A DNA stretch of 64,000 nucleotides from contig OZ024745.1 of the NCBI GenBank assembly GCA_964016885.1, forward strand, positions 25,110,001-25,174,000. Direction: 5' to 3'. Below, one piece after another: positions 12,670 through 22,295 of the stretch (its first letter is position 1; every line of letters starts with the position of its first letter). A model generated the notes under the pieces. The model did no database searches. It saw only the letters and a program-made list of their open reading frames with translations, and was not told the origin of the DNA. A program made the position numbers and the translations under genes. Source of the stretch: Eledone cirrhosa (taxonomy: Eukaryota).

Positions 12670-13647
12670 GTGAAATAGCTTTTCTTCATTTTCCTGCAAA
12701 CATTTCATCCTCACTCACTCGCACATCCACACATTCACAAACACTCTCATACACACACACACACATGCACACTCACTTGAACACTCACTCATACAACATT
12801 TCAAATAAATACAAGCATGTGAATTTTGTATCTCTAAAGAAATACAATATGTTTAATAAATAAACATTTTGAAAGCCCAGCTTTGAATATTGAAAGGCTG
12901 ACAGTCATTTAAGACTATTCAGTTCTCTCAAGTGTACGACAACCTCTCTAGTGTTGGTGCCATGATAAAACATACCCAGTACAATCTAAGTGATTGGTAA
13001 TATAAAAGGCATCCAGCCCTAGAAAACTTGCCAAACAACAGGTCAGAAGAACTCTTCAGTTGTGTCAAAGACATGACAACATCCTTAGTGCTGGTGCCAT
13101 GATAAAATGCACTCAGTGCACACAGTAGAGTACTGGAACATATATAAACAAGGTATGACACCTAGCCCATCTGAGACGTCTGTGATTCCAATTAAATACT
13201 GACTTTGTGGTGACTCAACCAACCATTTCTGGCAGAGAAAAATGGATGTTTAATGGTGACTGACGGTAACTAACGGGTTAAAAAGAAGATACCTTGTAAG
13301 GTGTTCATGTTAGTGCCATAACAAAAAAACACTTAGTCCAGCCTATAAAGTGGTTGTACTGGTGCCACAACAAAATCCACGTGCTGGAGTCACGAGAAAA
13401 GCTCCTTGTATATGATGTAAGGTGGTTGGCATTTGGAATGGCATCCAGTCATAGAAAACCAATCCTAAAGTAGAGCATATGGGCAAAACTTATTCATCTG
13501 ACCTGTCTAGCCCATTCAAACATTGGAAAATAGACGTTAAATGGTGGTAGTTGGGATGGTGATGATGATAATGATGGTGATAATGAAATGTATTGTCATC
13601 CAGTCATGATAGATTTAAAAATTGTTGTTTTTGAATTTTTATTTCAG

Positions 13648-14047
13648 CACTGAATATGATGTTGACTATGAGGTAACAGCCCATACACAGCTGGACAGCC
13701 ATAAGGCTGAGATAGAACAAAACCAATGGGTTATAACCACCAGAATTCCTGAAGGGATTCCTTTTCCTATAAACTGTACCAAGCCAGTTCCTTCTCCTTA
13801 TGTACCTCCAATTAAAGATAAAACTGATTCAGCTGTAGAGCCAGCTATTGCCAGAGTTCCTGATCATGCTAAATGCTCAGAATTACGACCCCAGAACTTT
13901 GCAGAAAATACCACTGTGGGCCCTCAATCTGGAAAGAAAGTTGTGTTTGCTGATGAAATCGAGAATAATGACAGCAACGTTACTAACAACTGCAACAGCA
14001 CTGTTGCACCAGCTACAACGCCAGCTGAACCTAATAAAATGCTGTAA
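13648..14047 (+). CDS. CFAP161: CFAP161 exon 7 (terminal), with a Pro/Thr/Asn-rich tail
   Basis: TTTCAG acceptor; (S)TEYDVDYEVTAHTQLDSHKAEIEQNQW matches EVVAHTYLDSH; TAA at 14045-14047. The seven exons sum to 1116 nt (371 aa plus stop) with consistent phases. Confidence 0.9.
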
Positions 14048-14049
14048 TG

Positions 14050-14710
14050 TAGTGATAACAACAACTACAACAGCAATAGTAATAACAAAATCACTACTAT
14101 CTCCAACAGCTGTGGCAACAACAACAGCAACAATGACTACAACTACAACAGCATCAATAATAGCACTGATAACAACTACAGCAACAACAACAGTAACAAA
14201 ATTGCTACCAGCTACAACAAATAATTTCCTCTATGATAATTGTTTCTACTTTTGGCACAAGGCCAGCAATTACCCAGTGTATTACTGGTACTTTATTTTA
14301 TCGACCCCGTAAGGATGAAAAGCAAAGTTAACCTCGGCGGGATTTGAACTCAGAATGGCAAGGGCCGTAACTCTATGCGTCAAAGCATGGCGTCCGAGCC
14401 TCTACCGATACTGCCAATCCATCGCCCTTTTTTTTCCTCTATGATGTAATAAAATGATGTAGAAACTCCTCCCATATCACCATAACAATAACAACAACAA
14501 AAGCAACAATTACAATAACAACAAAAGCATCAATTATTCAGCAACAACAATTACAACAATAAAAACAACGTGAAAAGCAACAATTACAACAACAATAACA
14601 ACAAAAGCAGCAATTATATCAACAACAACAATTACAATGAGAAAAGCAACAATTATAACAACAACTGTAGCGAAAATTACAACAACGATAATGACTACAA
14701 TGCAGTTGTG
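14050..14710. repeat. Degenerate (AAC/AAT)n low-complexity tract in the CFAP161 3' region, interrupted by a SINE at about 14236-14430
   Basis: Runs of ACAACAACA/ATAACA are directly visible. Confidence 0.85.
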
Positions 14711-14922
14711 ACATTATCAATCACTAAATAACGATAATTAGTTAGAACAATTAATTAGCTGCAATCATGATCCAGCTTCTAATGACAGTATTTGCTAACG
14801 ACAGTGTTGCTATAGATGGTGATTGCTAAAGTAGCAAAGAATGACAGCTGTAAATTCTAGAATAAAACTAGGAAAATTATTATACAATAATACATAAACT
14901 CTTTGTTATATATAAAGTTATA

Positions 14923-15001
<79 letters not shown>

Positions 15002-15016
15002 TATATATACAGTATA

Positions 15017-15210
15017 TAAGGGTTGGCAGAAAACTTCATAGGCTGACCAAGATACTCTCATGAAATGACCGAATGAGTTTTATTTTTCAACATAGTCCTT
15101 GGAAAGAAACAATGCAGTTATTAATAAGAAGAGTTGGAATTAATGTATGCAAGATTTCACAACTCTAGCATCACTTCTTCATAGTCAGCCTATGAGCTTT
15201 TCAGCCAACC
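15017..15210. mobile_element. Mariner-like MITE
   Basis: Inverted ends GGTTGGCAGAAAACTTCATAGGCTGAC and GTCAGCCTATGAGCTTTTCAGCCAACC. Confidence 0.6.
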
Positions 15211-15528
15211 GTTGTTGAGGTAACTACGATTATGTGTGCTTAGATTATAAGAAAGCTCAACTAGGTTTGAAAATTGATTAAAGGTATTTATCATTTTTTG
15301 ATTTATAGAGAAATATGTTTATTTAGCATGTTTGCATGTCTATATACTAAAAAATGTGTCAACTTGTATACGCATTCTCTGTTATCTCTATTCTCTCTAT
15401 ATATATAAATACAACTTTATCATACACTTCAACTGCTTAGTGCACAACTATCATTACGTGTGTATATATGTATATATATGTGTGTGTGTATATATGTATG
15501 TGTATATATATATATGTATATATATATA

Positions 15529-15952
15529 GGCACATGGCTTAGTGATTAGAGCATTGGGCTTGCAATTGAAAGGTTGTGAGTTCAATTCTCAGACCGGGTG
15601 ATGTGTTGTTTCCTTGAGCAAGACACTTTATTTCACATTGCTCCAGTTTACTCAGCTGTAGAAATGAGATGATAGGATTGGGGTCCCTATCATTTCACTA
15701 CAAAGTGGTTGTGGAGGTACCACGGCAAAAAAAAGCACCCAGCACTCACTGTAAAGTGGACGTGGAGATGCCACGGAAAAAAAGCACCCAGCACTCACTG
15801 TAAATGAGGTTGGTGTTAGGAAGAGCATCCATATATATATAAATCTTGTATACATATATGAGCAAGACACGTTCACTTGACCCAACTTTCTTCAATGGGA
15901 CAACTCTTCTAACCCATGCTAGCGTGGAAACTGGACGTTAAATGATAATGAT
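15529..15952 (+). mobile_element. CORE-type tRNA SINE with an RTE-derived tail (diverged copy)
   Basis: Same head, CORE and tail as 21861-22207. Confidence 0.8.
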
Positions 15953-16319
15953 GATATATTATATTTCCTGTAAGTACCTGATGGTCCTTTGTTTCACATT
16001 ATAAGTTGATTTAGTGGTATCTTGCATTGTGTTTCACCGTCCATCTATATAATAAGTACATCTTCCATTTTTTTTTTCTCCAAAAGTTTATTCCTTGAAC
16101 AAGAAATTTTCTTCTCTGCTTATAATAATGAAGCACCCAGTACACCCTGTAAAGTAGTTGAGATTAGGTAGTGCATCCAGCTAAAGAAACCATCATAAAT
16201 ATGGTACGTAACATCCAAGATGAGGTTGTTCTGAACTGCCTGGTTTTGAATGGTGATAACCAGTTCAACCCATACCAGCATGGTAAATAGACATAAAATG
16301 GTGATGATAATGATCATCA

Positions 16320-16663
16320 TTTCATCATTCATCATTTCATTTTACGTCTGCTTTTTCCCTGCTTGCAAGGGTGGGACGGTAACTGATTCTGGCTTGATTT
16401 CTACAGCTGGATGCCCTTCCTAACACCAACCTCATTTACAGTGAGTGCTGGGTGCTTTTTTGCCGTGGCACCTCCACGACCACTTTGCAGTGGAATGATA
16501 GGGACTCCAGTCCCTATCATCTCATTTCTACAGCTGAGTAAGCTGGAGCAATGTGAAATAAAGTGTCTTGCTCAAGGAAACAACACATCACCCGGTCTGA
16601 GAATTGAACTCACAACCTTTCGATTGCAAGGCCAATGCTCTAACCACTAAGCCATGTGCCTCC
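16320..16663 (-). mobile_element. CORE-type tRNA SINE with an RTE-derived tail, full length
   Basis: Near-identical reverse complement of 21861-22207. Confidence 0.87.
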
Positions 16664-16689
16664 ATGATGATGTTTAGAATTATGATGAT

Positions 16690-17420
16690 GATGATCATCA
16701 TCATCATCATCATCATCGTTTAACTTTCTACGCTATCATGAGTTAGATGAGTTGTCCTTTTTAAGGCAAATCGGGTCAGGTGACCATGTCTTGCTCATAC
16801 AGAACTGTTTCTGGCTTGGTTTCTATGCCTGGATGCTCTTCCTAACACCAACCATATTTACAGTGTATATTGGGTGCTTTTTGTCATGACTCCTACATGA
16901 CCACTTTACAGTATGGACTGGGTACTTTTTGTTGTGACACCTACACGACCGCTGTACAGTGTAGACTGAGTGCTTTTTGTTGTGACACCTACATGACCAT
17001 TTTTCAGTGTGGACTGTGTGATTTGTGTCATGACACCTACACGACCATTTTACAGTGTGGATTAGCTAATTTTTGTTGTGACACCTATATGACCACTTTA
17101 CAGTGTGGACTGGGTACTTTTTGTTGTGACACCTACATGACCACTTTACAGTGTGGACTGGGTACTTTTTGTTGTGACACCTACATGACCACTTTTCAGC
17201 GTGGACTGGGTGCTTTTTATCATGACTCCTACACGATCACTTTACAGTGTGGACTGGGTACTTTTTGTTGTGACAGCTACATGACCACTTTACAGTATGG
17301 ACTGAGTGCTTTTTGTTGTGACAGCTACATGACCACTTTACAGTGTGGACTGGGTGCTTTTTGTTGTGACACTTACATGACCACTGTACAGTGTGGACTG
17401 GGTGCTTTTTGTTGTGACAA
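16690..17420 (-). repeat. RTE 3' tail whose 48-bp UTR unit is expanded into a minisatellite of about 12 copies (16857-17420)
   Basis: Unit TTACAGTGTGGACTGGGTACTTTTTGTTGTGACACCTACATGACCACT, period 48 (e.g. 17098 to 17146), next to an RTE 3' end with a (CAT)n tail. Confidence 0.88.
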
Positions 17421-18534
17421 AATGTCAACATTTTCCTAATCGATCTTGCAACCCAGTTTAAATACTTACAAACATATGCTTGTCATTTTCTGGTTTCCAA
17501 TTACCTCAACATTTCAGTTTTACGTCCAATGTGATGTTTTTTTTTTGTTGTTTTTCCAACCCGTAGACAAACTTTCAGCAGAGTTGTAGGCCGTACAATT
17601 TGAGTATATGTGCGGGTAAACATGATTGGGTGTCATAGTTTCTTACCTAGTAACATCCAAATATTATAATAATTTAGTGCTATCCAAATTAAGATAGTGT
17701 CTACAAGAAAAAAGTAACGCTAAGTGGGGTATTACTGGATATTCTGCCATCTGTAGCTATAAAATTACATATGTATTTACATACTATAAGTTTTTCTTTC
17801 ATTCTCTTCTCTCTCTCTCTATACCCACATGTATGATGTAAACAGAGTTTATGACATATAATATTTACGAGGAATAAGCGGTGAATTAGCAGAGTTGTTA
17901 GGACGTCGGATAATATGCATTGCGGTATTCTGTGCCCTGAGTTCAAATTCCGGCGAAGTCAACTTTACTTTGGAAGTTAATAAAAAAAAAAGTACCAGCC
18001 CAATACTAGGTCGATCTTTCTCTATGCCTTTCTCACTTTCTCTCTCTTTCCCCTTCTTTGGAAGAACAGGGCTGTGTTCAAATCTAGAGAGAGAATGGGC
18101 TCTGCCATGTTAGAAGGGCCTGAGCCACGCCGCATTTCACTACGGCGTGCCTACGACTCATAAAGTGGTTATAGGTCAATACACACATTCAGGAGAAGAA
18201 ATACAAAACATCTACGATCATGAATACGATAAAAACATTATAAAGCAAGTAAATCTAAATTAAACATGGTTATCTACCTTGTATTCCATTTCATTTTACT
18301 ATATTTTTATTTAATCAATATATAAATATTGTCTTCACCGTCATAAAATTACGAAATAATGTATGTCGCTGTTGTGTAGGCAGCTAATGCTACAGGCCAT
18401 TTTCCAAAGCTGCCAATAACAATAACGAATATCATGACTCACTTTCCTGACATTTGAACATTATTCTATGTACTATACATACACATTCGATGAGTTGTAG
18501 TGCACCTGAGCATTGTACACAAATAATTTTCATG

Positions 18535-18725
18535 GTGGATTGGCAGTATCGGTAGAGGGTCGGACGCCATGCTTTCCAGCATAGTTACGTCCCTTTACGA
18601 TCTGAGTTCAAATCCCGCCGAGGTTGACTTTGCCTTTCATCCTTACGGGGTCGATAAAATAAAGTACCAGTAATGCACTGGGTAATTTGCTGGCCTTGTG
18701 CCTAAAGTAGAAACAATTATTATTA
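18535..18725 (+). mobile_element. tRNA-derived SINE family 1, about 190 bp; other copies near 14236(-), 20289(+), 27443(+), 33828(-), 53510(+), 56791(+), 57743(-) and many fragments
   Basis: A box TGGCAGTATCGG, B box GAGTTCAAATCC, conserved body GCCTTTCATCCTTACGGGGTCGATAAAATAAAGTACCAG, (ATT)n tail. Confidence 0.85.
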
Positions 18726-18876
18726 TTTGGCAATAGACATCATTTGAAGAATATAGCTCGTTCTATTCATCGGATTCATTTCACATTTTCCGTTCAACCT
18801 ACACATATATTTACAAATATTTCTAAGTTATGATGAACTGGCACCCCAACAACTAGCTGCACCAGTTACTGGATCC

Positions 18877-18931
<55 letters not shown>

Positions 18932-18934
18932 CAT

Positions 18935-19335
18935 GGTGATGTTGCTGGGACAGCTCTGTTAGGCAGGTCATTTCTCGCGCATGAACGACTATAGGATGTC
19001 AAAGGCAGTTTTCTACGGCGAACTACGTCAAGGCAAAGACCAACTCAAGCGCCAACTGTTCCAAGGTAATATTGATCACAGGGAACACCTGGCTGAAGAC
19101 AGAGAGAAATGGAGAGCAACCATCAAAACAGCTACAGTCAGCTTTGAGAAGGACAGTAAGGCAGTAGCTGAAGACAAACATCAAAGAAGAAAGCTGTCCG
19201 CCACTCAACCACCAACTGACCAAGTATACACCTGTCCCAACTGTACCAGAGCCTGCGGGTCCTGGATTTGCCTCTACAGCTACCTCAGGGCGAATCACCA
19301 CTAGGAACAGGACAATTCTTCCCACTGATCTTCGT
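18935..19335 (+). mobile_element. 3' fragment of a second RTE-type LINE with a C-terminal zinc-finger remnant
   Basis: GHFSRMNDYRMSKAVFYGEL...LAEDREKWR...YTCPNCTRAC: a typical RTE thumb and C-terminal CxxC; degenerate. Confidence 0.7.
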
Positions 19336-19699
19336 AGGTTGCTTTGCCCAAACGGTTTGGAGGTATCAGTTTGCGTAAATGCTCACCTTTGTCTCTTGCT
19401 TTCTTTCCTCCATTCACGCTTGCTGTTCCCGATACTAATGAGGGTAGATAGAAGCAGAGAGCAAGGGACAATCTGTTTGATCATTCTAATCAATTTTCTA
19501 GGTTCCGTTTCTTTTCTGTAAGCGCAAAGTTCTTTGGGGACTGGACTGTGGCCGACATTGGTGTCTTCTCAGTCAGGACAATCTCTGCATCTCCGTTGCA
19601 CTCCGCCTGGGAGCCAATGTCTGTGGAGGACTGAGATATCGCTGTGGTAGGTCCCTTGACTCCACAGATCTCCATGGTTTGTCCGGCTGTCTGAATGCT

Positions 19700-20100
19700 G
19701 GTCACTTCGCCCACCGCACCAAGCTAAACCTGATCATTAAGCAGGGCCTAGATCTGGTAAATATCCCTTCGGTTTTGTAGCTGGCTGGATTATACAGAAG
19801 TGATGGGAAGAGACCAGATGGCTCTACCTTGTGTCCCTGAGATGGAACACAAGCAGTTACTCCTTTTCTCCTTCCCACATCGTGGATGCTGCAGTAAATG
19901 TGAGGGACACTGCTTACGTTGCCGAACGGAATAAAATCCGAAAATACCAGGAACTATCAAACAATTATTTTTTTATGGAATTTGGCCTCTGATAGCAAAA
20001 TTCTTTTCACCTTTGGCGGTTCGCCTTATAGAGGTGTCAGGTGATGTCTGTGAGGGTACCTGGTTGTTTCAGCGTCTTAGCCTCGCCATCACCCGTGGTA
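19700..20100 (+). mobile_element. Degenerate CRE-like (restriction-like endonuclease) non-LTR 3' fragment; related pieces at about 26990-27180(-) and 36135-36320(+)
   Basis: RSDGKRPDGSTL...WLFQRLSLAITRGNAASVLAC, homologous to the end of the 20839-21801 ORF. Confidence 0.7.
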
Positions 20101-20519
20101 ATGCTGCAAGCGTGTTGGCCTGCCTCAAAAATTTCCTTTGACCCATGTGATATGTGGCTTATTGTCGCACTTGGTGGTGAGTTTATGGTCGTTTTTGTTT
20201 TTATTTCCCTCGCGTTGATCGTATATTTTGGCATGTGAGGTTCATGTCAATTGTATTTATTATATGTGCTTATAGTTTCATTCTGAAGCGGTGGATTGGC
20301 AGTATGGTATAGGGTCAGACGCCATACTTTGCAGCATAGAATTACGGCTGTTTACGGTCAGAGTTCAAATCCCACCGAGGTTAACTTTGCCTTTCATCCT
20401 TACGAAGTTGATAAAATAAAGTACCAGTAATGTACTGAGATAATTACTGGTCTTGTGCCAAAAGTAGAAACAATATTATTTATACAACTGTGAATAAAAT
20501 TTCTCCATTTTATATATAT

Positions 20520-20584
<65 letters not shown>

Positions 20585-20703
20585 GCCAGCATCAACAGTT
20601 TTCCAAGAGATGGCAACATGAATGGACCTGTTATTTTTATCTAAAGATATCTTTTCCAATCCCAACCCGCCCGTCCCTTCAATCTATCTAATTTCTCATT
20701 CTT

Positions 20704-20739
20704 TCTTCTGATGAAGGACTAGCGTCCGAAACGTTAAGA
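20704..20739 (+). ncRNA. Minimal type I hammerhead ribozyme in a Penelope-like 3' end (about 20581-20792)
   Basis: TCTT-CTGATGA-A-GGAC(TAGC)GTCC-GAAAC-GTT-AAGA: stems I and II pair; stem III is the palindrome AACGTT. Confidence 0.75.
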
Positions 20740-20794
20740 CCCTCTTCCTGCTATTTCAAGCGTTAACCTAATATATTCCTTTAATAAACTGTAC

Positions 20795-21825
20795 CGATAT
20801 AACAGTGGTATTGATGAGTTAATATCTGTATACAACAACTACAACGGTACGCGATAGGGCCCACCCACAGCCCCGGCGGACAGAATGGAGAAGGCGTTTC
20901 CCCGAAGGATGGCAAGGGAGACGCGCTGGAAAAGCCACTCCAACTCGCGGGGCTCACACCTGCGGCTGGCCAGCTCAGCGCCTATGGTGGTGAGTACACT
21001 GGGGCCGAGGACACCAGAAGTCTCCACTGCCAGGGGTACGACCGCAAACCTGTCGGAGAGCGACCGGTATTTGAGGAATTTGGACACCTCAGCTCGACGT
21101 GCAGCAGAACCTGGGCCAGTCGCAGACTGCACCAGGTTGCGGCTGCAGAAAGTGTTGGTGCAAGTGGCATCCCAGACAAGGGGTTTGCCACCGCGGAACG
21201 GGAAGATGGTCATGCCATCTGGCCTTTTGCCATCCCCTCGATCCAGCCCCACCGGCTCAAGCTGGGAAGGGAAGCCTGCAGCGTCCAAGCCATGCTTAGT
21301 GACCTTGTTGAGAGCAGCATGGCGTGGAATGCGGCCGGCACTGTGGTGACAAGAAAGCGGGTGGAGGCCGAAAGAGTCCACGGTTGAACCGCTGCGACAT
21401 TGGTGTGGCTGGCAGATCCGGAGGCCGAGCCTCAGGGAAACGCCGATTCGTAGGCTATGTTTGTCTAGCTGCGTGCCAGTGGAGAAGGAGGGCAGGGCAT
21501 GGAGCCAGGCACCCCTGTGGGGTTTGGAGGCCGCACGAAAACAAGCAAGGCGGTGATGGTCGAGCTGGCGCGTGAGCCTGTATGAGGCTAGGCTGCACTT
21601 GATGTCATCCCAAGTGCGTTGGGGGGACTTGATTTCAATACAGGGAGAAGGAGGAGGGACGTCTACTGGGCTAAGTCCCAGCCGGTCCCACATCTCACAG
21701 GCGGCCTCACGTTCTCTGAACACAGAGGGTTCTGTTGTGTTTTGAAGAACCCTGCTAACGAGGACGCGGCACGGGGTTACCGACGAAAGATACGCCGGCA
21801 AAGCTGGTGAGATCGGGGACCGAGT
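20795..21825 (-). mobile_element. 5'-truncated CRE-like non-LTR retrotransposon (zinc knuckle plus restriction-like endonuclease); open frame 20839-21801
   Basis: CQPHQCR...DSFGLHPLSC zinc finger, KRPDG...WDATC and KY...PLAVETSG...FQRVSLAILRGNA RLE motifs; high GC against the AT-rich flanks. The clade is inferred from motifs. Confidence 0.8.
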
Positions 21826-21860
21826 TGTTATTTCTGTTTACCTTTTGCATATATATATAT

Positions 21861-22207
21861 GGGGGCACATGGCTTAGTGGTTAGAGCATTGGCCTTGCAA
21901 TCGAAAGGTTGTGAGTTCAACTCTCAGACCGGGTGATGTGTTGTTTCCTTGAGCAAGACACTTTATTTCACATTGCTCCAGTTTACTCAGCTGTAGAAAT
22001 GAGATGATAGGGACTGGGGTCCCTATCATTCCACTGCAAAGTGGTCGTAGAGGTGCCACGGCAAAAAAGCACCCAGCACTCACTGTAAATGAGGTTGGTG
22101 TTAGGAAGGGCATCCAACTGTAGAAATCAAGCCAGAATCAGTTCCCGTCCCACCCTTGCAAGCAGGGAAAAGTGGACGTAAAATGAAATGATGATGATGA
22201 AATGATG
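21861..22207 (+). mobile_element. CORE-type tRNA SINE with an RTE-derived tail, full length; fragments near 11340, 54870, 57150 and 61590 (all minus)
   Basis: A box TGGCTTAGTGG, B box GAGTTCAACTC, CORE-like CCTTGAGCAAGACACTTTATTTC...CAGTTTACTCAGCTGTAGAAATGAG, a 3' part matching the RTE-B UTR, and an (ATG)n tail. Confidence 0.87.
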
Positions 22208-22247
22208 ATATATATATATAGAAGTGGTTACACAACAGTTAGTTCAC

Positions 22248-22295
22248 CATACCGAGAACAATTGTTTCACCTTCGCGGATCTTCAGCTCGGGATG
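22248..22295 (-). ncRNA. Minimal hammerhead ribozyme, left arm of the Penelope-like element
   Basis: Reverse complement of 25577-25624. Confidence 0.7.

Noticed and set aside
13848-14312. 154-aa Thr-rich, mucin-like ORF
   Set aside because: It is an alternative frame over CFAP161 exon 7, the AAC microsatellite and a SINE.
16870-17439. 189-aa Cys-rich repeat ORF resembling a metallothionein or keratin-associated protein, near a zinc transporter
   Set aside because: It is the translation of a 48-bp minisatellite derived from an RTE 3' UTR. It starts at TTG and has no gene structure.
15975-18410. Minus-strand exon-like segments (about 18278-18410, 17647-17757, 15978-16044) as a fourth protein-coding gene
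   Set aside because: Most frames contain stops and the phases could not be joined; kept only as a side note to the 26131 finding.
19490-19714. 74-aa minus-strand ORF in a GC-richer patch
   Set aside because: It is wedged between LINE fragments, has no ATG start or splice support, and is probably an unclassified transposon piece.
21861-21935. tRNA gene (A and B boxes); the same applies to the heads near 15529, 16663, 18535 and 56791
   Set aside because: There is no acceptor stem or T-run terminator, and each continues into a SINE body and tail.
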